This document shows positions 48,985 through 61,100 of a DNA stretch of 64,000 bases, in pieces (the stretch's first letter is position 1; each line of letters starts with the position of its first letter). Origin of the DNA: Macrostomum lignano (lineage: Eukaryota). Below the pieces are notes generated by a model, which had not been told where the DNA came from, did no database searches, and saw nothing but the letters and a program-made list of their open reading frames with translations. The position numbers and the translations under genes are program-made. Location of the stretch: positions 248,001-312,000 of the forward strand of contig NIVC01001062.1 in the NCBI GenBank assembly GCA_002269645.1, read 5' to 3'.

Positions 48985-50140
48985 ACCCTGTAGCTTTTGA
49001 ATGTGGCGCCCCGAAGCTTTTGAATGTGGCGCCCTGTAGCTTTTGAATGTGGCGCCCTGTAGCTTTTGAATGTGGCGCCCCGAAGCTTTTGAATGTGGCG
49101 CCCTGTAGCTTTTGAATGTGGCGCCCTGTAGCTTTTAAATGTGGCACCCTGTAGCTTTTGAATGTGGCGCCCTGTAGCTTTTAAATGTGGCACCCTGTAG
49201 CTTTTGAATGTGGCGCCCCGAAGCTTTTGAATGTGGCGCCCTGTAGCTTTTGAATGTGGCGCCCTGTAGCTTTTGAATGTGGCGCCCCGAAGCTTTTGAA
49301 TGTGGCGCCCAGTAGCTTTTGAATGTGGCGCCCAGTAGCTTTTGAATGTAGCGCCCAGTAGCTTTTGAATGTGGCGCCCCGTAGCTTTTGAATGTGGCGC
49401 CCCGTAGCTTTTGAATGTGGCGCCCCGTAGCTTTTGAATGTGGCGCTCCGTAGCTTTTGAATGTGGCGCCCCGTAGCTTTTGAATGTGGCACCCCATAGC
49501 TTTTGAATGTGGCACCCCGTAGCTTTTGAATGTGGCGCCCCGAAGCTTTTGAATGTGGCGCCCTGTAGCTTTTGAATGTGGCGCCCCGTAGCTTTTGAAT
49601 GTGGCGCCCCGTAGCTTTTGAATGTGGCGCCCCGTAGCTTTTGAATGTGGCGCCCCGTAGCTTTTGAATGTGGCACCCCGTAGCTTTTGAATGTGGCGCC
49701 CCGTAGCTTTTGAATGTGGCGCCCCGTAGCTTTTGAATGTGGCGTCCCTTACATGTAGCTTTTGAATGTGGCGCCCCGTAGCTTTTGAACGTAGCGCCCC
49801 GTACATGTAGCTTTTAAATGTGGCGCCCCGTAGCTTTTGAATGTGGCGTCCCGTATTTTCTAGATTTGGCGCCCTGTATATTCTAGGTTTGGCGCCCCGT
49901 ATAGTCTAGATGTGGCGCTCCGTATAGTCTAGATTTGGCGCCCCGTATATTCTAGATTTGGCGCCCGTATAGTCTAGATTTGGCGCCCCGTATATTTTAG
50001 ATTTGGCGCCCCGTATAGTCTAGATTTGGCGCCCCGTATAGTCTAGATTTGGCGCCCCGTATATTTTAGATTTGGCGCCCCGTATATTTTAGATTTGGCG
50101 CCCCGTATAGTCTACGGGGTAGACTATAAATTTTGGCGCC
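48985..50140. repeat. 22/23-bp minisatellite (GTGGCGCCCCGTAGCTTTTGAAT) that switches to a second variant (TTGGCGCCCCGTATAGTCTAGAT) near 49855
   Basis: Direct reading. The array ends in short inverted repeats at 50101-50128. Confidence 0.95.
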
Positions 50141-50659
50141 ACTGGACATACTCATTTGGCGACTTGAAAGGGGAAATAATATTGTGAATCGGCTGTGCGG
50201 TCACGTGATAATCAACTATAATAAAAAGCATGATCGTCTTTTGTTAAATTGTTTGCGTAATACATGTATATAGCTCATTTAGTGCTCTGCAACTGCTCCT
50301 CGACTGCATTACTCCCAGATAGGAAGGCTGTAGATGTACACGTGTAGGCACTGACAGTATTTACATGTCTGGCAGTCGATTTTATTGGCTAATTAATTAA
50401 GCGGTACGAACAGCACAAATAAAACTGTCTGTTTGCATTGGCATAGTTACAGCCATGGCATATAATAGTTTCAATAATCTGATCTACGAGTACTATATAC
50501 TGGGCTGATACAGGACTATGCTGCAGTAGAAAAGCAAGTCTATAAGTCAACAAACTGAATCATATGGATTTTCATTGTTACTGGCGGATCAGACCGGCTA
50601 GATTGTGGAAGCGAATTGAGAAGCAAGGATTAAGTAAAGACAGATTAAATTGGGCGAGT

Positions 50660-51005
50660 TAGGGAGGGTGGATTAGGAAGGGCGGATTAGGGAGGGCGGA
50701 TTAGGAAGGGTAGATTAGGGAAGGCGGATTAGACAGGGCGGATTTGGGTGGCGGCTTAGAGAGGGTAGATTAGGGAGGGCAAATTAGAGAGGGCGGATTA
50801 GGGAGGGTAGATTAGGGAGGTTGGATTAGAGAGGGCGGATTAGGGGGGCGGCTTAGAGAGGGCGGATTAGGGAGGGTAGATTAGGGAGGTTGGATTAAAG
50901 AGGGCGGATTAGGGGGGGCGGCTTAGAGAGGGCGGATTAGGGAGGGTAGATTAGGGAGGGCGGATTAGGAAGGCTGGATTAGGGAGGCTGGATTAGGGTG
51001 GATCA
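50660..51005. repeat. 14-bp G-rich repeat (AGGGCGGATTAGGG) containing many TTAGGG motifs
   Basis: Period 14 (50768, 50782, 50796, 50810). Confidence 0.9.
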
Positions 51006-51278
51006 TAGATATGAGGGCGGACTGAATAGGGAAGAGATTGAACAAGGCAGATTAGATCAGGCAGACCGAGAGTAAAGTCTTAAAAGATCGATCATAGAAG
51101 TTTGTTTTTCCTAAGTTACATGCTTAATAATAGTATAGACAGCAGATGAGATACGTTACAAGTATGGTTAGTTATCTAGATATAAGAAATTTATTTGGAA
51201 ATATTAATAACACGTACGCGCCATGTCAAGCTACTAATAGTAGCTCTCACACGCTTATAAAGTTGACTTTTAATAAAA

Positions 51279-51560
51279 TCAGTGTCGATTTCTGTTGTAC
51301 GTCTTTCGCCAGTACCACTTTTTGCTTGGCGGGCTGTCAGCCTCCTGCAGTTGATCCCGTTCAGCAATGGCATTGATCATCGCCTCCTGTCGCTCTTGGT
51401 CCAATTCGTCTTGGTCAGCGGCAGTTCTAGCCATTGCTGACAGTTCGTTGTCGTCGACAAAGTCATCGTCGACATTCGCAGTAAATGAGACGGACACTCG
51501 AGCCAAGGACGCCGCGATTAAGACAAACAGGAGCAGCGAAAAGATGACGGAGTTGTGCAT
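51279..51560 (-). CDS. Small secreted prepropeptide (signal peptide, acidic pro-region, cationic/aromatic C-terminus), 93 aa
   Basis: Hydrophobic N-terminus VIFSLLLFVLIAASLA, a D/E-rich middle and C-terminal KKWYWRKTYNRNRH. AATAAA on the coding strand at 51190-51195 and an AG acceptor-like site about 28 nt upstream of the ATG. Confidence 0.72.
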   Translation of the reverse strand: MHNSVIFSLLLFVLIAASLARVSVSFTANVDDDFVDDNELSAMARTAADQDELDQERQEAMINAIAERDQLQEADSPPSKKWYWRKTYNRNRH

Positions 51561-53142
51561 TTTACCGATGTCGAGAGGTACCTCTTTCTGCTGTGTAATG
51601 CGTTTAAAAAGCTGAGACTTGAAACTTTGTTTGACATAGACAGACAGAACCAGCAGGCTTAAATAGACTCAAAAAATCTGGGATCTGAGCAGACACGCTC
51701 AACATTCCGGCAGAGAAGCCAATTAAGATAAAAATAGACACTGTAATTTAAACGCTAAATTCTTTGCAACAGACAGTTTTATTAATGTGAAAGCACATTG
51801 TGTGCTGTCCTCGGTGGCAGAAAGAGTTTAAGAAAAGAGAGTAAAGACTGGGCAAAGCAAAGCAACTTATAGAAGGCCTTCGTGTTATATAGAATGTATA
51901 AAGCGCACAGTGTCTTTTCTACGGGTACTAAAAATGATCGCGCTTTGTTCTATACTCCAGCGTTAAACAAGGTGGTCAGCCTGGGGGGCTCCCGTGGATC
52001 AGGCCAGGGAAGGGCTCTGCCGCTAGAGTACAGGGGCACATCTACCAGGGACATATAGCCCGAGCAGCCCAGATTGGGACCTGACGTCGTGGCCAGGGAA
52101 AGAAACCTTATTGGGGCTACTAGCCCAAGCCTATGGACTAAGACACCGCTGACCAACAGTGACCAACGGTGCTAAGACCGAGTCCACCCAAGCCACCCCC
52201 AGCAGACAAATCCCGAGAGTGCTAAAAAAAGATTGGAAAAACTTTGAAAAAATTACTGAAAGCGGTCCCAGAGCGGGGAGACCCCGAAGTCTATGGTAAA
52301 GGCTTAATTTTGGAGCGAGTCTGGGCAGCTTATTTACCAAGGGCGAGTCTCCTATCAAGAGGTAGCACCAAACCCTCCTATAGGGCTGCAAGCCTCACCA
52401 CCCAGCTCTAAACAATATTGGAGTATGTAATAAGCTCCAGAGCATGCGCCATCAGCGCTGGAATTGCATGACTTTTTTCAGACAAACTTTGCAAGCGGGT
52501 GGCCCATCTAGTCACTTGTACTTGAACATTTTTCCAAGCCCAAACTACTGACAGTAGTGTAAAAGCATTTCATTTAATCTAGAAAATGAATAAAACTGAA
52601 AACAGCAAAATTCCGAAATATAGAATTTTCTATTATTAAAAAAACCAACTTTGCAAATAAAACAATTATTAGACAAAAGTGCGTTTATTGCTCTGCAAAA
52701 AAGAGAAAAACTGAGTTACAAAATAAAACACAAACACACCGCAACTCGTGTTCTAAAGTTTCATGTAATAAAAGTAGTAAAACTATTTTGTATATTTAGA
52801 TGTCAATAGGAATTTTTAAATAAAAACTTTAAAAAGTTTAATAATTAAGGCTTTTAAATTAAAGCATAACATCACAGAGAAATAAACCAACTATCGCAGT
52901 GGAGAAATTGATAGACAAAATTATGGAAAGTACATGAAAGAAACCTATCACAAAGATTAGTGCTTAAAACACCAGTTTGGAATGTGTACAATGTGCACAT
53001 ATAAGGAGTGTCATGTTTTGTCTCTGGATTATTCACAATTTAAACCAGGTTTACGACAGTAGAAATTAAATAATAAATATACAGAGAGAGGCTAAGCAAT
53101 AATTGCCATGAATAATATATAAATTACAATGTAGAGTATATA

Positions 53143-53884
53143 TAGCTTTTTGCAGCCCATTTGGGCCCACGCGCATTGAATTCAATCCAAGATATGTTTG
53201 TCAAAGTAATGGAGCTTTTGTCTATGGTAACAAGGCTGGCACAGCGGCATTCAATTTGGTCCAAAAAGCATCAATTTGGTCCATTTAGTTCATTTGCAGC
53301 TCAGTCCCAGAATTGTGAACCAAATGCTAGGCTGTTGAATGTCATTAGCTTGTGATCGAAGCACTCGACGGAGGTGAACACCCAAAGGACATTGCAAGGT
53401 TGCTGAATGTAAAAGAAAAGGTGGTTTACAGCATCCAGCAGCGCCTTGAAACTCTGCCGGCAGAGATTGCCTGCGAAAGGGTGGCAATCGCCAAGGAAAG
53501 TTGCTCGAGAGCCTCAGGTCCAACTGCTACTCGATGCAGTGGAGACGAACCCTTTGTTGACGTTGCCGAAATGCAGCAGAAGTTGAGGGAACAGCTCCAG
53601 TTGGTTATCAGATTTCGACTATCAGCAGAGCTCTGGAAAAGCAACTGAAAATTGTTGGTAGAGACGCTGACATTCCAGCGGTGCGCAACAACCTGCAGAC
53701 GGTTGAGAGAAGGCAAGAGTTTGTCCAATGGCTCACGAGTGTTTGGACCAAATGGATGCTTGTTGGACCAAATCAAATGCCGCTGCGCCAGCCCTGCTAC
53801 CATAGACAAAAGCTCTGTTACCTTGGCAAACGTATCTTGGATTAAATTAAATGCGCGCAAGCCCAAATGGGCTGCAAAATGCTA
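53143..53884 (+). mobile_element. Non-autonomous Tc1/mariner-like element, copy 2, with both long TIRs intact
   Basis: TA|TAGCTTTTTGCAGCCCATTTGGG ... CCCAAATGGGCTGCAAAATGCTA|TA. The interior is nearly identical to 6747-7441. Confidence 0.87.
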
Positions 53885-54067
53885 TATTATTTCTAAATTA
53901 GGCACCATTTCTTAGAAAACAAACTAATATAGACAACAACAACAAAGGTGCACCTTCGACGACTTTATAGAGAATATATACAGAGGCAAGAATGTACAAT
54001 GACAATTAAAAAAACTATATGCAAGTCTTATATATCCACATACTCAAAATTGAAATATTCTTCAAAA

Positions 54068-55757
54068 TCAGCTTTGAGTGCACTGACTTTTAGGCCGATT
54101 ATTAACCACATTGCCGTGACTGCCGCTAACACCTGATGACGCATTCAGTGCTGTAGCAGACGATGACATCTGTGTCTGTTGCTGTTGCTGTTGCTGTCTT
54201 TTAGAAGCGGCTTTTGTTTTTGACACAACCGGCGAGGCCGAGCTCCGCCTCTGGCCGGGCACCGGAGCGGGAAAATTGGACGCCGCCGATACAACAGGCA
54301 CTACTGGCTGATTATAACTATAAGGATTGTCAGTACTACTAACAGTAGTAGAAGCCGAACCAGATATTAGCGGAGCCTGCGGCCTGCGCAGATGATAGCC
54401 AACATCGCTGGACAATATCAAATTGTCAGTAGTCAAATATGTTGGATCTAAATCAGCCGCAATGTTCCTGCTAGACTGATGATGCTGAGGTGCCGCTGCC
54501 GGAGGCTGGGCAAGCGCCTGCGGCTGTCTAGACGACATCAAAGGACTGTCGGCAAAATAGTAAGCAGACACGGGTCGCTGCGGTGGTTTCTGATGCTGAG
54601 GTCGACGGAGTGGCTGTTGCTGCTGCTGTTGCTGATAGTGAGTTACTCTGAAAAAGAAAGCGAAAATTTATAGTTCTATTAGGAGGGCACATCGTCCCGC
54701 ATTCCCGTACCGTACACACGCTCACAGAGGGTGTACAGCGGCCCTGACTATCTAGCCGATTCGGGTCTCGGGTAACTTAGAGAGAAAAAAAGACCCAAAC
54801 AAACCTGGATTGCAGCGGACGCTCCTCAATACCTGCTGCACCATTGACAGCCGGAACAGGGCCAGCTGCAGTCGCCGATGCTGTCACGGCCTGTCTCAGC
54901 GATTGTCGAGAGTGAGCATAGCGCGACGGCGCCGCTGCCAACGCTAGCGGGTGTCCACCGCCGCCGTCGCCGCCTGCAGCAAACGGAGCGCTATTGGACG
55001 GATTGTCGTAGATTGGCGAGCCCGGAGCTACAACCGGCAGTCCACCCTGACGCTGCTGGCCGCTGAGCAGATGAAACTCCTCATCAGCTGGGTTGCTGCG
55101 GTCTTCGTAGCCAGCCCGGCCAGTTTGCACCCAGGCATCGACGCTGCGCGATCTTTGTTGACGTTCGTCGTTGGCCTCATCGCCTGCGTCTTCTTCCTCC
55201 TCCTCGCGTCTCCGTCGATGCCGTCGATGACGACGTCGACTACGCCGATGGCGTCGTTCGCTACGACGCAGACGCCATCGACACTCGTCCAATTCGGCGA
55301 TGCACCTCGCCAAACTGGAATCGGCCAGCTCAGTCTCCGACATCACCTGGGCTAACTGAGCCTCAGCGTCCTGCATCCGTCTGGCCAGAGTGAAGTCTCC
55401 ACCACCGCTGCCGACGCCTCCGTTGCCGCAGCGTCGACGTAGTCGATCGGCCTCTTCGGCTAATCGACTCAGGCGATTCTCTAGCTGACGACGCTGGCTA
55501 ATCAGGGCAGCTTCGCGAGCTTCCAGCGAGTTGTCAGCGTCGTCGGTGACAGCCGGTTGGACGCCTCCTCGCTCATGATTGTCACCACCATGATCGTTGC
55601 CATCGTCTGCCCAGCGTCGGCCGAGCTGAGCAGCCAGATCGGCATCCTGGTCGCATAGCTCTCTGGTAGCCTGCACCTGGCGGAATCTGCCCAACTGCTG
55701 CTGTGTGATGGCCTGCAGTCGGATTCTCTGCTGCTGATGCTGTTGCTGATGCATCAT
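54068..55757 (-). CDS. Unknown coiled-coil, low-complexity protein, at least 2 exons
   Basis: Exon 55757-54805 (AG|gtttgt) joins exon 54647-54068 (ctttctttttcag|A) in phase 2, giving ...LQSR VTHYQQQ...RPVSAYYFADSP. Heptad segment LISQRRQLENRLSRLAEEADRL. Family not recognised; the 3' end is uncertain. Confidence 0.6.
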
Positions 55758-55949
55758 TTAGAGTGAAGTTTTACTATTGAAACTACTGCCGATTTGTCTT
55801 GTAAGTAGCAAGCTTAGCGTGTTGGTCTCTTTTTTGGCGAATCTTTGTAGCCGTGGTCATGCATTAGATTTCACAAATAAGTAGCGATCAACTTTCTAGT
55901 AATAACAACGCATTCAAGAATCTTCACTAAAGTTTTCATCTTCTTGTAG

Positions 55950-56925
55950 GCACTAGAAGATCTGGGGAGGAATGGCAGGCCACTAGAGGATCTGGGGAGG
56001 AATGGCAGGCCACTAGAGGATCTGGGGAGGAATGGCAGGCCACTAGAGGATCTGGGGAGGAATGGCAGGCCACTAGAGGATCTGGGGAGGAATGGCAGGC
56101 CACTAGAGAATTTGGGGAGGGAATGGCAGGACACTAGAGGATCTGGGGAGGAATGGCAGGCCACTAGAGGATCTGGGGAGGCCACTAGAGGATCTGGGGA
56201 GGAATGGCAGGCCACTAGAGAATCTGGGGAGGGAATGGCAGGCCACTAGAGGATCTGGGGAGGCCACTAGAGGATCTGGGGAGGAATGGCAGGCCACTAG
56301 AGAATCTGGGGAGGAATGGCAGGCCACTAGAGAATTTGGGGAGGGAATGGCAGGACACTAGAGGATCTGGGGAGGAATGGCAGGCCACTAGAGAATCTGG
56401 GGAGGGAATGGCAGGCCACTAGAGGATCTGGGGAGGCCACTAGAGGATCTGGGGAGGAATGGCAGGCCACTAGAGAATCTGGGGAGGGAATGGCAGGCCA
56501 CTAGAGGATCTGGGGAGGCCACTAGAGGATCTGAAGAGGCCACTAGAGGATCTGGGGAGGAATGGCAGGCCACTAGAGGATCTGGGGAGGAATGGCAGGC
56601 CACTAGAGAATCTGGGGAGGCCACTAGAGGATCTGAAGAGGCCACTAGAGGATCTGGGGAGGAATGGCAGGCCACTAGACTCTAGAGGATCTGGGGAGGG
56701 AATGGCAGGCCACTAGAGGATCTGGGGAGGGAATGGCAGGCCACTAGAGGATCTGGGGAGGCCACTAGAGGATCTGGGGAGGAATGGCAGGCCACTAGAG
56801 AATCTGGGGAGGGAATGGCAGGACACTAGAGGATCTGGGGAGGAATGGCAGGCCATTAGAGGATCTGGGGAGGGAATGGCAGGACACTAGATGACCTGGG
56901 GAGGCCACTAGATGATCTGGGAGGG
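55950..56925. repeat. 30-bp minisatellite (GGCCACTAGAGGATCTGGGGAGGAATGGCA) with shorter variants
   Basis: Period 30 at 55981 and 56011. Confidence 0.95.
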
Positions 56926-57554
56926 AAAAGAAAATAACTAAAAGGAAAGACTGAGAAAAATACAAGCCAATTGGTTTATGCATTTATTGAACTAATACGC
57001 GGACCGATGGTTATGTTTGAAACTAGAAGGTTTTGCAACTAACTAATAAAAATACAAGAAAGGTATTAAAATGCTTAACACTGCTACAGTTTAAATAGTA
57101 AAGCACACATATTTATTTACTGTAATTTTATTCAGCTAACAAATACATGATTTTTTATGACAATACAGATTGTAACCGGATTAAAAGCCCTAAAATAGGG
57201 GCCTAGTCTTATAACGCGACAAAATGCAACGCAAACACACATGCAGTTGGACAAATTAAATAACTTAAAGAGGAAATTAAATGAAACAACTACTTCAAGT
57301 AGTTTCATTATTTACGTTAAATATTAGCTTCCAGAATCGATGGATTAAAATGAAATTAGTGCCCAATTTAAATAACTTTCAAAAAATAGAATACAAACTT
57401 AACCTAATTGAAAACAAATAACAGTGAGTTACAAATTTTTCGCGACATATCGGCACTTAGAAACAATATATTAGAACCAATACGTCTTAATTCATAAGAC
57501 CATTTAGATTGTAACAGAAAATAGAAAATTGTTTAATCAGAAATGAGTTACACG

Positions 57555-58076
57555 ACTTTCGATACATATCGGTTCTTAAAAAATGACTAAATTTAATATT
57601 TCTACCGACTTACAAAAGATGATACTTTGGTTAGAATTTAGCAATCATTTATATAATTTTCGATACATATCGGTCCTTCAAAACTGACTAAACATTTCTA
57701 TTGACTTACAAAAGCTTGTAGTTTGGCTAGAATTCAGCAGTGAGTTATATAACTTTCGATACATATCGGTCCTTATAAACTGACTGAATTTAACAATTTC
57801 TACCGACTTACAAAAGATGATACTTTGGTTAGCATTTAGCAGTGAGTTATATAACTTTCGATACATATCGGTCCTTATAAACTGACTGAATTTAACAATT
57901 TCTACCGACTTACAAAAGATGATACTTTGGTTAGCATTTAGCAGTGAGTTATATAACTTTCGATACATATCGGTCCTTATAAACTGACTGAATTTAACAA
58001 TTTCTACCGACTTACAAAAGATGATACTTTGGTTAGCATTTAGCAGTGAGTTATATAACTTTCGATACATATCGGT
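57555..58076. repeat. 102-bp tandem repeat, about 5 copies, just downstream of the Nup133 stop
   Basis: CGATACATATCGG at 57661, 57757, 57859, 57961 and 58063. Confidence 0.93.
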
Positions 58077-58103
58077 CAACCAACAAAAACTTTAGGAATA
58101 TTT

Positions 58104-61100
58104 TCACGGCACCAGCAGCGGCGCAGCGCGTTCGTGCAGCACTTTAACGTGATATTCGAACTGCGGATTAGAGCGCAACTCGGGCGGCACAGCGGGACAC
58201 TGCAACAGCTGATTGACAGTCGGCGGTCTGGCCAGGTTCAGTTCGCGACCATCTATTAGATCGGAGCAGAGCAGCTCAGCGGTGCGAATGAACACGCTGC
58301 CAGCCATGATATCGCCGGTCATGGACACGGAAGCATCGCCCCCATGCTGCTGCTGGCTCTCCTGCTGAGTGCGAGTCCAGTCAGTCAGGAGTGCCCGAGC
58401 CCACACCAGAGCTCGCAGGGCCTCCCGATCGTCCGACTCGGTCAGGTAGGCCAACAAGTCCAGCGCACGCTTAAATTCCAGCTCGGATTGATCAGCAAAG
58501 CTGTTAGCGGCGTGGCTGGTGAACTTGTCGATTAGTTCGGCGGCGGTGTACACCCGGGTGTACCGCTGACGACGGTGCTGCTGGTTGCCCGGCTTGCTGC
58601 GCTTCGAGGAGTCAGCTTCAATATTGCCAGTCGCATCTGCAAGTAAAGCAAATAAAGATGGAGTTTTACTCAGAGTGCTACTGACCTGATCTACTAAGTA
58701 GTGTGATAGGCGTATCATGCTGAGATACAATTTCAAGTGATAACCAACTTGGGTTAATCTGGAACTAGAAAATTGAGAATCTGGGATGGCAGCCCAGCGA
58801 CTGAGGATCTGGGAGGCTGGTGGCCCAGCAACTGAGGATCTGGGAGGTTGGTGGCCCAGTAACTAAGGATCTGGGAGGCTGATGGCCCAGCAACTGAGGA
58901 TCTGGGAGGCTGGTGGCCCAGCAACTGAGGATCTGCGAGGCTGGTGGCCCAGCAACTGAGGATCTGGGAGGCTAGCCCAGCAACTCAGGATCTGGGAGGC
59001 TGGCCCAGCAACTGAGGATCCGGAAGGCTGGCGGTCTCACCCTCTCCATCCTCGGCATCGCTAATAGCCTCCTCCGGCAGACAGTCCTGATAATCCAGCA
59101 GTTCTAATCCGCAATTAGCCGCTCTTAACGCTTCAGCGGCTCCGCCGCCGCTAGCCAGATAGGCGAGTTTGGCCATAGACAACAGGCTGCGCTTCCGACT
59201 AGCCAGCCGCTTCTCGCTTCTAGCCAGAGCGGAGAGGGTGGCGCCGGCCCGACCGAACTGACCAGAAGCGACCTCCTGTAGCCAGGCCAGCGGCTGAGTC
59301 TCCGGGTGATGATGCTGCTGCTGCTGGCTCTGCTGATTCTGCTGTTGCAATGCTGTCATTCTTAATAGGCAGCCGCGTTTACCTGTGCGCAAATAATAAG
59401 CGGCTAGGTGAGTTGAGAAGCCGGACAATTGCGCCTGGTATCTGGACAGCATCTGCTGCTGCTCCTGACTGTCCGGCAGGCTTTCGCAGACACGAATTAG
59501 CAGATCGAATTCGCGATATCGCTCGGCTAGGGCCACGGCTCTGTCCGGGGCGTCGCATTTCTCCCATAGGGCGAATAAGAGCTCGCGTCTGGTAGGGGAA
59601 AGAAGGGAGGGCGTGGCTGTTAGAGGATGACGCACAGATAATAGAATAAACAGACAGACCGGCAGAGACGGATAGGCAGACAGACAGACACACACAGACA
59701 GGCAAACAAACAGGCAGGCAGACAGACAGACAGAGACAGACAGACAGACAGAAGGCCAGACAGACAAAACAGCCAGACACAGACAGAGACAGACAGACAG
59801 ACAGACCGACAGACAGACAGACAGACAGACAGACACACAGACAATCTCACCGAACAGCCTCAAACTGGTCCCCGCCGCTCAGGCTGGCCAGCACCAGGTC
59901 CAAACAGTCGGCAGTGTCGGACAGCAGTTCGGCGCGTACTCGAGCCTCGGACACGCTCTGGCCAAGGTGGCCAATCAGCTGATTAGCGATGCCGTGCAGC
60001 CACTGGCCGGACCTATCGTAGTCTAGCCAGCGAGACTGCTGCTGCTGCTGCTGCTGCTTCACTCGTCCTTCGCCGCCCAGACGGTCGGTCGAGCGCCGAT
60101 AGGACAGCAGGTCTCTGGCCAGGCCGGCCATGAGAGCACCGGCGTCTAAGAAAAATGAGTTGAGCTCGCGGGCGGTTCGATCAGCTGATTGACGGGCCTG
60201 CTCGAGCTGCTGGGCTAAGGCTGGGAACAGGTCCGGGATGCGACTCACCTGCGGATTAGGGGAGGGGGTCGAGTGGGGGAAGATTAAGAGGAGATTAGAC
60301 TTAATTAGATAAGTACCACAACGCACTGTCAGGCATATCTTACACACATCTCATAATATCTCACACAATCTCGTGATATCTCACACACAATCCCATGGGA
60401 CAGGTATCTCACACATAATCTCATGGTATCTCACACACAATCTTATGGTATCTCAAACACAATTGCATGGTATCTCACACACAATCCCATGGTATCTCAC
60501 ACACAATCCCATGGTATCTCACACACAATCCCATGGGACAGGTATCTCACACATAATCTCATGGTATCTCACACACAATCTTATGGTATCTCAAACACAA
60601 TTGCATGGTATCTCACACACAATCCCATGGTATCTCACACACAATCCCATGGTATCTCACACACAATCCCATGGTATCTCACACACAATCTTATTGTATC
60701 TCACACACAATCCCATGGTATCTCACACACAATCCCATGGTATCTCACACACAATCCCATGGTATCTCACACACAATCCCATGGTATCTCACACACAATC
60801 TCATGGTATCTCACACAGAAAATCCCATGGTATCTCACACACAATCCCATGGTATCTCACACACAATCCCATGGTATCTCACACACAATCCCATGGTATC
60901 TCACACACAATCCCATGGTATCTCACACACAATCCCATGGTATCTCACACACAATTGAAATGGTATCTCACACACAATCCCATGGTATCTCACACACAAT
61001 TCCATGGTATCTCATACACAATCTCATGGTATCTCACACACAATTGCATGGTATTTTACACACAATTGCATGGCATCTCACACACAATTGCATGGTATCT

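Noticed and set aside
51945-52480. GC-richer segment resembling a retroelement fragment or exon
   Set aside because: No recognisable protein motif, terminal repeat or consistent splice sites in the frames examined.
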